Assembly (NCBI RefSeq): GCF_963921235.1
Contig: NC_086101.1
Location: 79,794,001 to 79,858,000, forward strand
Source: Mobula hypostoma
Taxonomy: Eukaryota
DNA length: 64,000 nt
Direction: 5' to 3'
Shown here piece by piece: positions 39,147 to 50,727 of this stretch. The stretch's first letter is position 1, and the number at the start of each line of letters is the position of its first letter. A program made the translations under genes and the position numbers. The notes under the pieces are model-generated. The model made no database searches. It worked only from the letters and a program-made list of their open reading frames with translations, and was not told where the DNA came from.

Positions 39147-42020
39147 ACATTTGACCTCATAATCTAACTAGATATGGTCCTTGCACTTTACTGTCTACCT
39201 GCATGTCAATTTCTCTCTAATTGTAGCACTACATTCTACATTCTGCATTCCACTACATTATTACCTCAATGTATACATTTTAAAATTACCTGCAAGGATT
39301 ACATGCAAAACAAAGTTTTTCCTCTATATCTCAGTAGATGCAACAAGAACTGCCAGCATAAGAAAAATGTTCCAAAAACACATTTGCAGAAACAGAAAGT
39401 TCCTCTACTTCAAAGTTTAATTGTTTTTCTTCCCTCAAATCCTACCTGGCCTGCTGAAAGTTCTAACATTTTCAGTTACTAGCAGCTGCTGTTCCTTTTT
39501 CATTTACAAAATGGTCAACATTATTTGATACTTGCTCCTTTAGCCACTTCCACCATGAGCTAATGCTCACCTACAGTTGTGAAACAAGATCACCAAGTAA
39601 CACAATAGGGTGGGAAAAAAAAACCACCTTTACTTTTGCAGTTTAGACTATCTAAAATACAAGTTGCTACTGAAACATAAAATTCCATTCCTAAAATTCA
39701 TGAAGGAGGGAATTTAACCTATATACTGTGCATGTTAGTAGTTTAAATGCAAATCATTTTGGGCTTGAGGATTTTCTAGAATGTTCTATTGCAATCAATT
39801 GTTTACTCTGCTGGATTTATACCAAAGGCAATAGAGAAAATAGATCTGTACTTGTATAGCATTTTTCAACAATATTTAACTATTGAGCAAACCGTTCAAC
39901 ATGCATACGGCGTTCAAGGAACAAAGCAATATTAGCTAACAAAAACAAAAGTGATAAGCCACTAAAGATGTTGGAACACATAAAAAGCTTTGCACAGAAG
40001 ACTTGGCTATTATAAACAGAAATCAAATTAAAGGACCACAGCTACCTACAGATCTGAAAGTGACAAAGAGCCAATGACTTGATCTGAAAACAGGAATGGT
40101 CATTTTATAACCAAGGCATTGAGTTGATGGGGGAGTTTGGTGCGATTGAAAGCACTGGTTTGGGATTTTGAATGAGGGAAGCTATGAAGCTATAAAAGCA
40201 TAGAAAGGGGGCAATTTTTGAATAAGCAAGGCTAGAGGGAAAGGCATGGAAAGCGATTCAGGAAAAGATACTCAGAGCAGGACCAGGCAACGTTATACTG
40301 ATGGTAAACATACTCTTAGTGATGGCACAGGTGTTAGCTTTGAAACAACTTGGTGTTAAATTAACACCAAGGTTGTGAACACACCGGCTCTTTTGCATTC
40401 ATTGAGATGGAGCAAGTCAGTGTTTAGGGCACAAAGTTTGTTCCGGGGGCAAAAAAAAACTATTTTAATATACTCAGTGTTCCTTTGAAAGACATGTCCA
40501 AAATCCTGTGCTGAATTTAATTAGCAAGCAGTCTGATAATTTGGAAAGATTGCAGAAGGGTCATGAGAAAAAATTGAAGGTTAAATCTGGGTACCATTAG
40601 CACACATGAAAAATATACTTTTGGATAATACTGCTGACAGTGCGTGTACGTAAGAAAGCGGACCACAGTCAAATTCTTTAGGGCACCAGAGCTAATAATG
40701 ACAGCTTGTGAAAAGATGTCAGCTATGACAACCATGCTAATAGACAAGTGAAATCCTATTTTGCTGTACCAGAGGAAATTGATATTGTCTTAGAAAGTGC
40801 AGGGATAAATTAATTTCATCACAATCATACAGGATGCCATTACTGGTTTACTTTGGAGCAGTTCCCATACTGCTGTAGTAGAGGAAATGTTGGAGGTTAC
40901 ATGTTCAAGGCCTAGAGATGGCAGTTTGAAAATGGGCTAGTAGAATGAAGGCCTGAAGAGTTATGCAAGCAGCAGCAACAAGATTTAAGAGAGACAAGCA
41001 CTACTAATATCAGTTCATAAGAAGAATCATAGAAAGCTGCTAAATCATAGAAAGATGCAACTTCAATATTTCAGTCGTAAGCAGCTCAAAGCGATAGGTG
41101 GATCTTACAGACTAGCTGAAAGGGCCTGAAAGGACACAGGAGAGAAAGGCAAGTTTGAAATCAAGACCAGTCAATACTAAAAAATTAGGCTTATACAGTC
41201 ACAGTCTTGTGACAAAATTCTCAAAGCTTCTTGACATTGTGACTAGAGACAAGGGTTTTTGAAATTCTAGAACCTTGAGCCTTTACAGTCAACAAAATGT
41301 TTTAATTGCCATCACTATTATTTTACACTTAAGTAGTACCTTTCATGGGCTTCGGTCACTGCAATATGTTTCAGAGCATATGCAAATTTTTTGAAGCGCA
41401 GTCATTGTTGTAATTCGGCTTGTTCTGCATTAATATTGCACGTTTGTTCTGGACAGAGTTTGCCATTTCTGATGTCAAAAGTTGTATCCCACACAAAAAC
41501 CTCCACATGGACAATTTGAATTGTATGCAATGTCTAGTTGGAGTAATGAGTATTGATTAGGAAGAAACTCATTTTGGAGAAGAGTGTCAAAATTGAATAT
41601 ATACATAAAAAAAGAGAAACTAGATCTTTAATTTAAAAAATTGAAACTGCAAGCCACAACCTTTAAAGTTTAGAAGTGCATTTTTATTAAGAACTTCCAC
41701 TGAATTGTGAATATATCATTCTAAATTAGTGACAGATTCTCTCTCAATTTTAATCCTTTGACACATTATAGGACCTCTCCACAATAAAGGAAGGCAGACA
41801 GAATTGGTATAGGTTTCCATCACAGTTCAGACAGCGGCACTGCAAGATCACTGCAATTCTCCACTGACTACACTTTTTACAAGTTTTGTTTTTTTCTAAA
41901 AAAGTTTATAATTTGAATTTCATCATGCAATTCTATAACAGTGGATTACATACTTTTATTTCTGACTTCATATCAAATATGGGATATTTTTGGATTTTAT
42001 ATTGAATACTTTATGAATGC

Positions 42021-42190
42021 AAACAAGAGAGAAACTACAGATGCTAGAAACCCAAGCAACACACGCACAAAATGCTGAAGGAACTCAGCAGGCCAGGCAG
42101 CATCTATGGAATAAAGTACAGCGGACTATACTTTTTTCCCTAAATGCTACCTGGCTTGCTGAGTTTCTCCAGCACTTTTGTGTGTTACTT
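42021..42190. mobile_element. Penelope-derived palindrome lacking the hammerhead centre
   Basis: CACAAAATGCTGAAGGAACTCAGCAGGCCAGGCAGCATCTATGG and its decayed reverse complement flank a short centre. Confidence 0.75.
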
Positions 42191-42284
42191 TACTAATGCA
42201 GTTGGGAAACCTCTCTTAGACTGCAGGGGCAAAAAAGTTTACTAGGATGATTTGAATTCAGATTTCACAAGTAAACATTAAATA

Positions 42285-43095
42285 CAGTGGATTCTAGTTA
42301 ATTGGGACACATGGGGACCAGTACAATTTTGGACCAATTAAGCAGCTGCCCAAATTAGCCAAAGTTTCATTGAAATAGTTTAAAAAGCATATAAAAAAAA
42401 GACAACCTACCATTTAAGTGAGTACCAAACTAAGTAATTAAATGAAATATAGAACAAATTAGAACAGTACCAATACTACTACAGTACTATAAAATTGTAT
42501 TAATTCATAATAGTTATAGAAGGTGAGCACACTACAGTGTTCTTTTGGTTAACTGTAAATGAACAGGCACAGACAGCTAGTACGGACTCTCTTCATATAA
42601 TGCTTTCAACGAATGCATCCTCCAAATCTTAATTTTCATTGTAACATTCGAGATGATTGTTGATACCTTCAAATTCTTTGTAGTTCCTAACTTGAATTAG
42701 TGACATTGTTTCATTTTCACTCCCAGCAGTTTCTGGCACCTCCAAGCTTCAATGCTTGAAACCGCAGTGAGCAAGAACAGTTCTGAATTGTCTTACTGCT
42801 CATTTCTTGCTGACTATCAGTGACAAAAATCACTGCTTTTTGAACAGAAACACAAGCAACTATCTCTACTTAGAAACTGCTTGCTCTAAGCACCGCGTAG
42901 TGTCCACTAGCCACATAGGCATGCGCCTGACACTAGTTTTCTAACTGTTTCTACTGTTTCAGCAACAGTATCTGTCCCAATTAAACAACACAGTGTCCAA
43001 ATAAACAAAGGGAATCCTGGCTATTTTCTCAATTAGTTTTTGTTCTTTAAAGTTGTCTGAAATAAGTGGCTGCCCTGATTAATGGTAATCTACTA
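42285..43095. mobile_element. Non-autonomous Tc1/mariner (pogo/Tigger-like) element
   Basis: TA|CAGTGGATT ... AATCTACTA|TA termini with subterminal TAATTGGGAC/GTCCCAATTA repeats. Confidence 0.65.
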
Positions 43096-45811
43096 TAGTC
43101 TAACCACAGCTCTTTTTCAAGGACATAACTAAAGCCAAGCCTAAAGGCAAATTACTAATATGTGCAATGGAACTAGTAGCAAACAATGTTTGATGAACAC
43201 AAGTATCTACTACCATGGATAGTTATAGATCTGTTAGTCTAACTTCTTAAGACAACTGTTGTAATTACATTGATAAGAATTTCACAACACGCTACTCATT
43301 CTCCCACTCATACAAATTAGATGCGGAGGCAAAACAACAAGTACTTAATCAGTTTAGTTTAAAACATTATGAGTTTTGTAATACAATAAATTGCAACAGA
43401 TAGAAAAGTGTGCAAACACATCTTTCATTAGTTGGCGAGCCATAATTTGACACCATTTCAACTGTGTAGTTTGAAGTTTCAGTAACTAAAGTTGCTTTAA
43501 AACAGAGTGACATTCATTAACAAAGATAAACATGATGGATATAGTTTGATCTTATTTTAATTACTCACACGAAAATTTGCACAAAGGTACCACAATATCA
43601 TAATTGCATTCATATACCTGACTAACTTTAGTTAAAATTTCCATGTTCATTCAAGAGCAGAGCCAAAGAATCTTTCAAAACTGGTACACTATACAGGAAA
43701 ACACCAGACGCCAATTAAACCAAGTTAAAAATAACTGGATGTAATGCACATGCATAGAAGTGTAGAAGTTTAACAGCAATTTAAACACTGATAAACAATA
43801 TCTACATAAAGTGTAAATCACGGACACTTAACTCGTCGATCAGATTTAGAGTGCTATCGAAGTAAACCAGATTAAATGATGCAACGCAATGAATCCGTTT
43901 CATAAACACTAAAATGTCTCTGACCTGCTTTCCCTCCCTCCCTACATAATGCAAACTTTATTATCAATTACACAGAATATTCCGTTTCAAATTTTCAGTT
44001 AAAATCAAAACTGCGGCCTACTATTTTCGTTACTCAAGCGAAAAGCTATATATTTAAACTGTCCAGGTATAACAGAAGGGCCTAAATCGAAACAATATTT
44101 ATGCATACGCCACCTCGAAAAGTTACAACTGTTCTCCAACATTAAAAAGTGAAATGAAACAGATAATAATTAACATAAACTTCCAATGTAATTTTTTTGT
44201 TCAGTTCAATAACTACAAGTGTGGAAATCATCATCGTTTTGGTCTGACAACCTGGACACGATACTGTTACTTCCATAAATCAAATAATCTACTGGAATTG
44301 CAAGCAAATCCAGATCGCTAAAAACTTGGCTCCCCTCGTTTTGTATTGATTTTACATTTATCTTTGTATTTCAAAAAATGTTCTAGATCTCACGCAAATA
44401 ATGGAATAATCTTCAATAGCTATTTGCAGTCAGATACGCCCATTTTTAAAAGTTAAAATATTGTAATATTGCATCCGTGCGATATTTTGTGCGCTGTCAG
44501 CATCTACAATTAGTTTTAACCACGCTTTCTTCCGAGCGTGGACCCGTCCCTAAACACTGCAGAGGCTTCATCTCTTTGGCAGACGCCAGGAACTGGAATT
44601 CTTAAGGATTTGTGGCTGTCGTCTTACAATTAGGGATTCAAAAGTACTTCCAAATAGTGATTAAATGGACTACAGAGAAGCAAAAAAAAAGTACCGGGAA
44701 TATAACATTAAACGGCGTATTGATACTGACTTTCGTCTCATCAATTTCTTTTTCATTTAATGTACACATGAAACATGTTGATACAAATGGGGCATTGCAG
44801 CCATTCAGCACTGACCTAATAAAATTCACCAAAAAACCTTGACTGTTTACGCTACGACAGATCGTGCCCATAGCACACGTTTTAAGCAGAAAAAAGTGCG
44901 ATATTTACAAAGCAAAATTATTGAAATATTAAAATTAACAATGAATTAATTCTGACCAGTTGCAATGCGGGTCGTGAGAAGCTTTCTTTGAACAACAGCA
45001 CAAATCCCTTTAATGAAAGGAAGAAACCATCTAATATACCGAAGACTAACTTACTTAAAATAATTATAACATTTTTAATGTGGTTTTAGTAAAAGCGCAG
45101 TTTCTAGGAGGAGCTCTAAGCGCTTTGTAACACTTCCTCTCAATCAAATTTTACAACTCGAGTAATCATAAAATGATTACACTCGGGGGGGGGCTGGAAA
45201 AATATAAACTTTTCAGAATAGGGTTTCAATAAGGAGAGGAAATGGTTATAAACGTAGATAGTCCAATATTAAGCAAGAAGATGTTGATAACCAATGAAAC
45301 AGAACTGATCGAATGCGTTCCTTATCAAATGAGAATGCATGTTGGATATTAAAAATCAAATGCTTCACTCTGCAATGAGACCCATCAGGAAGATCGATGA
45401 CAGCGTGATGGGAAAAAGATTTGTCTTTAGCAGGTTATAAAAGCACCATGGGTATACTTATGGATAATACGGCAATGACCAAAAACAGAACCGTTTTGTG
45501 AATAAGAACAACTATTCTCAGATATATTTGGCATAACCGAAATATCAGTGCTCATTTAGTAAATTTGCCGGCAACGAACAGTCATTTTGAGCTATAAAGG
45601 ATGCATATCATTAAAACACACAAACACCGCGCTTCAAAAACTCGCACATGTACGCCACAATTTGACAGAATTTACTCATTGAACAGCAATCACGTTGCAC
45701 TAAAACTAGGACATTGATATTAGCAACCAAAAGGGATAAAATCCCTTATTTGTAACATTTATAAGCAACCAATTAATTAAAATGAAATCTCCACCAGTCC
45801 AAACTACTTAC

Positions 45812-45866
45812 CCGAAGAGCACGATATCAAAAATACAACAAACGCAAGCTTGGTACCAGCTCCCAT
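45812..45866 (-). CDS. ACVR2A: Activin receptor type-2A, first coding exon (signal peptide)
   Basis: Reverse complement reads ATG GGA GCT GGT ACC AAG CTT GCG TTT GTT GTA TTT TTG ATA TCG TGC TCT TCG G|GTAAGT = MGAGTKLAFVVFLISCSS(G). This matches the tetrapod ACVR2A N-terminus MGAAAKLAFAVFLISCSSG. It is 55 nt with a phase-1 consensus donor, Kozak-like ACCATGG, and lies in a CpG-rich TE-free region. Confidence 0.95.
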
Positions 45867-46249
45867 GGTTCGAGTTTTTGGACAGCTTTAAGAAAATAGA
45901 CTAATTGAAATAACAACGTTCGCTGTTTCGCTTCCAAAGCAGAGAAAATTCTTTGCGACTCCACCACGTCTCCTGACTAGTTACTGGCTGCGATCCACCT
46001 TTTTCTTCCTCAGTGGGCAACTTCATTCACAAAAGATAGGAATTTGAGCAGCTCACACTTTGGTTATTTTTTAAAAAATCAACAGAATTAGTTGCGTCGA
46101 TCAAACACCGTGAAAACAAAAAAAAACGCAATTCGTATAAATGGATGAGGAAGGATGGAAGAAAAGCCACGGTACAAATCCTCAGCTCCTTTCATGGGAA
46201 TGGTGTACTCGAAGTCTCCCGGAATTCATAATTAGCAAAGTAGGCCTAA

Positions 46250-46515
46250 GTCCAAAATGGCGTTGACTTGTTTTTGTTTCCTCCCCCCACCCCCTTTACA
46301 CTCACCCTGGAGATTTTTTTTAACGAAGGGAGGCTCGCCTCCCAATCAGAGAAGGGGCCGTGGTCTTGATTGACACTCGCATCAAACCATTCAATGACTT
46401 GCTTGCGCCTTACGTCACTCTGATTGACATGTTCGCTTTGTCCCGAGATCGTCGACAAAAGGCGCGTTTATTATTGGAAGCGGACCAATCACCTTCCGGC
46501 AATAATGGGGAGGGG

Positions 46516-46563
<48 letters not shown>

Positions 46564-46700
46564 GCGTCGTCATGTTAACTGGACAAATTCAACCGAACTT
46601 GATAGCCGTGAATGTGATTGACATTCACGTGATCCCTTCACGGGGAACTGTGATTTACACTCGTGGAAGTGGATTGGCTGAGCGAGAGGGCCGGGAAATG
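46250..46700 (-). promoter_or_regulatory. ACVR2A CpG-rich TATA-less promoter
   Basis: High CpG density. CCAAT/ATTGG at 46342, 46473, 46485, 46673; TGATTGACA at 46367, 46421, 46615; CRE-like TTACGTCA 46410; ETS-like CTTCCGG 46493; YY1/Inr-like CGCCATTTTG (minus) 46253-46262. Confidence 0.8.
46521..46560. repeat. (TG)20 microsatellite in promoter
   Basis: Perfect dinucleotide run read directly. Confidence 0.98.
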
Positions 46701-48149
46701 CCAGATTTACGATAACGATAATATTAAAGGAATCTGATGACTGGAAGGAAATGATTGCAAAACATGTTTGGGATTGGTGCTGAACATTGGAATGTTGCTA
46801 CCTCAAGAAGGTGTTGTTGTTACTCAAACGTAATATCAAGAAGTTGCTACTTTTTCCAAAGTATTAGCAATAAAGATCGTTAAAGTTATTGCATCGTGGT
46901 TATTATTAGACCAGCCTGAAAACACAATAGCTAGCGTTCTGTTTATTCCTATGTTACATTTTTGTCATCCTGCCGAGTCAGGAGCTGAGCCAAATCAACA
47001 TTCAGAGTAATAAGATTCCCCGACTAGCTGTCTCTTGTCGAAATACGGTATATTTTTTCAATGCCAGTACATTGGCTTTAAACGCAACACGTTGCTTTCC
47101 TTTACGAAGGAAAGGGTTCGAAAATAATATATACATTGAAAAGCAGACCGAGTTTTAAAATATTTTTATTAGATTTCAAGACTGGACATTCTGGCGCAGG
47201 ATGTAACCAGAAGGTTATACGTTACTATTTTCTACCTCCAGCTCGAAATTTCCCATACACCGGTTAGGTAGGTTTGTAGGTTTTTGCAGCTTTTTTATGC
47301 AAACACAAACTTCTGAGTTTATTTTCTGCTCTTAAAATTCGAAGCAAAGGGTACCGAGGGCAATTGAAAGCCAAACATCAATATAGCTGGTTAGGATCCG
47401 TGCAGGTGAGAAATTATAGACACATTTCTCAAAGCTCGTAAACAGATATTTAACGAAAATGCTTACCACGGGCTTAAGTGTTAGGAAGCGATCCGACTCT
47501 AGGTCTGTTGAACAAAGAGAACGGGTGCGTGTGATGGGGGAGATAAATTAGAATCCCTGAGAGGGAGCCATTTCCTCAGTTTACCCGGGTCTGGTACTGT
47601 ACTCTTTGACGGAGAGATTATTTCAGTCTGTGTAGAGGCACAGGTTTGGAACAATGTTCCTTTTTTTCTGCACTGCAGTTTCTAAAATAAAACGTAAAAT
47701 GTATTAAGGTGTTATGCTGGATATCGATGACGATACACTCCAATTCCTCTATTAGCGTGTGCTTCCCGAGAGGACATCTGGAACAGAGGCAGGCAGTCTA
47801 GCTGGTTAGACTCTTAGATGGCACAGCGCCTGGACATGTGAGCAACCACCATGGGAAAAGCCTCATGGAGGAATAAATGAGTGTTGGCCAACGGGGTTAT
47901 CATTGTTCTTTTGTTGCACTCATCCTCAGCGTTTTACACTTCAAAGGCAGTGTTGCTCCAGGTAACGCCTCCAGTTGCTATCTGACACCACCCTACAGTA
48001 GTTGTATAATTCCCAGGAGAACGGAGAAACGTCCCTGTATCTGTGAACCGCTATAGATTATAGACCTCATTGGTTACTTTTCACATTCATAAGATCATTG
48101 GAAAGTTTGAAAATTTGTTTGTTAGTGTAATCTGTGTGATACTGGATTT

Positions 48150-48370
48150 TGCAGTTTGCCAGAGTTGCCCTTAACATAACGTTATTACTGCGCAAATGAC
48201 CAGCAATCGATTCCTGCTGTTTTCTTTTAGGAGTTTGTACAATTCTCCCCGTGACCGCGTGGGTTTCCTCTGGGTGCTCTGGTTTCCTCCCACAGTCCAA
48301 AGAAGTACCAGTTAGTAGGTTATTAAGTGATGCTGGCTAGTTGGGCTGGAAGGGACAGCTAATGTATCTC
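48150..48370 (+). mobile_element. V-SINE
   Basis: V-domain GGAGTTTGTACAATTCTCCCCGTGACCGCGTGGGTTTCCTCTGGGTGCTCTGGTTTCCTCCCACAGTCCAAAGA. Confidence 0.85.
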
Positions 48371-48529
48371 TTGTTTGTTTGTTTACCTATCTATCTATAT
48401 TTTGTTTCAGAAACAATCATGAGAGTACTTTGTAACTTTGTTTTCTCCATCGTGTTTCTTTTCTTGCAAAATAAGATTAATCCGCATGGTTCTGAAAATC
48501 TAAATAGCTATCAAAGTCACAGATACTGT

Positions 48530-49775
48530 AAAAGGTTTCATAGGTACATTCAATGTCAGAGAAATGTATACAATATACATCCTGAAATTCTTTTTCTTCG
48601 CAACCATCCACAAAAACAGAGGAGTGCCCCAAAGAAAGAATGACAGTTAAATGTTAGAACCCCAAAGCCCCCCCCAGCTCCCCTCCATCCCACGCATAAG
48701 CGGCAGCAAGCAACAATTTGCCCTCTCTCCACTGGGGTAGCACCTGCTACCGAGCACTCAAGCATGAGCAAAGCAACAGCACTTACAGTTACCCCAAAGA
48801 CTACATTGTTCACCCGGCATTCGACATACCACAGGCTCTCTCTCTCCCTAATAAGGGAGAAAGATGTCGTGGAAACACTAACTAAGAACACCAGAGTGAT
48901 TTCAAGTTTTGTTTCAAGAGTTTATTAACGTGATATCATGGAGAGTCTGCAGCAGTCTCCACCACCACCAGAACTTCAATTTTAGGTTGTACGGAGCTCA
49001 TATTTATACAGCAAGACAAACTTCACATAACCTTGTTTGGTATCCCATGGTCAGTACAAGATCAATCATTTAAAAGACATGTCAATTATTCTCTCAACGC
49101 GAGTCTAACAGTCTTCTTTGTTCCCTGTTACCAGGGCTTATAATTTACCCCCAGACGCATCCTCCCTCCCGGTTCCAGGGGCCTGGTATCTTATTAATTG
49201 GAGTTCCTGGTACTGCGTTTATCATCCAAGGTTATTCTGGACATGCATCAGCAGTCTTAAATCCAACTGTCCCAGAATGGTCAAGTATCCCATCAGTCAC
49301 TAGTTTTAACCATTTCTACCAAAAAACAGATGTCCCCGTTTTCCCAGCAAGCGGGGAGACGTGACAAACAACTCATTGGTTTACGATGTTAAAAGTCCGT
49401 TTTGTTGCTTTTTTCAAGCTCTGTCTCCAAAGATCTCGGGTCTCTGGGCATACAGCCTTAGATATTACGACTCCCCCGATGACACACGGATCTCCTGCCG
49501 TGACACCGACTTTCGATCCGCCTGTCTCCAGAGCCCCAAGATCCTAGGCCTCCAAAGGTAAGCTAAACTCTTAGGCCGAGCCCTTGGCGTGCCGAACAAC
49601 AGCCAGCTGTGAAACCCCGAGAGTGGGTCCTATTCTCACAAAGAACCGTAGTCAGCATGTAACTCCAGGTCAGGATCTTCAAAAGAACACTGAAAGGGAA
49701 AAATAGAGATATTAAAGATGGAAATAGATGTTGAATAAATGGAAATAAGTGTTGATCTAGCAGGCCATGCAATGC
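48530..49775 (-). mobile_element. Non-autonomous retroposon split by a solo LTR
   Basis: Rex-like 3-prime UTR at 48530-48640 (minus) and a CpG-rich body that resumes after 49328. Confidence 0.55.
48865..49323 (-). mobile_element. Solo LTR
   Basis: Termini TGTCGTGGAAA ... TTTCTACCAAA (imperfect inverted); flanks AAAGA/AAACA; minus-strand TATAAAT (about 49001-49007) then AATAAA (about 48921-48926). Confidence 0.6.
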
Positions 49776-50366
49776 TATGGATTATTACTAACCCAATAAC
49801 ACATGATTGCATTCACTGTAGACCTCAAGTACATACTGGCTGTGTGGTGAAAAAAAGCACAACAGTACCTCTTTCATCTCAGGCAGTTGAAGAAGTTTGA
49901 TATGGGTCCCCAAATCTTAAGAAATTTCTACAGGATCACAATTGAGAGCATCCTGACGAGCTGCATCACTGCCTGGTATGGGAACTGTGCTTCCCTCAAT
50001 TGCAGGACTCTACAGAGAGTGGTGCGGACAGCCCAGCGCATCTGTAGATGTGAACTTCCCACTCTTCAGGTATGATGTTGTGGCCATCACTGAATCGTGG
50101 CTGAAGGATGGTTGTAGTTGGGAGCTGAATGTCCAAGGTTACAAGTTGTATCGGTGGTATAGGAAGGTAGGCAGAGGGGGAGTGTGGCTCTACTGGTAAA
50201 GAATAACATCAAATCTGTAGAAGCATGTGACATAGGATTGGAACATGTTGAATCCTTGTGGGTTGAGTTAATAAAAAGCAAGGGTAAAAGGTCTCTGATG
50301 GCAGTTATATACAGGCTTCCCAACAGTAACTAGGAGGTGGACCACAGATTACAACAGGAAATAGAA

Positions 50367-50727
50367 TGGCTTTGGCTACCAGTCTTCTGTTCTTTGAAAA
50401 TGTATTGGGGATTTAATTTGGAACAATGCATTTCCTAAAAGCTGTGAATCTCAGTCCACAGATGATGCTGGCTTCTGTGGGATGAATGTGAATCAGTAGG
50501 TGTGAAGTTTGCATGTAGTTTCAAAGAAAGCATTATCTACACTTTGTAAATATGGAATTGTCCTTTGTGTTTAGCAAATAAATACTGAGCCCCGCGCTGG
50601 GCCAGCAGACTTTTCCACCGAATGCGTCTCCATATGATGCCTTGTTTTGTCGAATCAAGAAGCTGCTTCATATCTACTAGTAACTCTATCCGGAGATTTC
50701 ATTCACGCAACAACATTTGGTGTCAGG
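50367..50727 (+). mobile_element. LTR-like segment followed by a partial tRNA-Leu primer-binding site
   Basis: Interrupts CR1. TG...CAACAACA, then TT, then TGGTGTCAGG. Confidence 0.6.

Larger units (their letters stand above)
1..45811 (-). other. ACVR2A: ACVR2A intron 1 (continues beyond window start)
   Basis: Begins at donor GTAAGT (45811). I did not recognise the exon-2 sequence (AILGRSETQEC...WKNISGSIEIVKQGCWLDD) anywhere downstream in the window. Confidence 0.75.

Noticed and set aside
1-45811. Further ACVR2A coding exons
   Set aside because: No cysteine-rich ectodomain or kinase peptide was recognised by eye. A short exon could have been missed without tBLASTn.
46246-46715. Short ORFs over the promoter, including poly-CV peptides
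   Set aside because: Translation of the (TG)20 run and promoter DNA; no coding signal.
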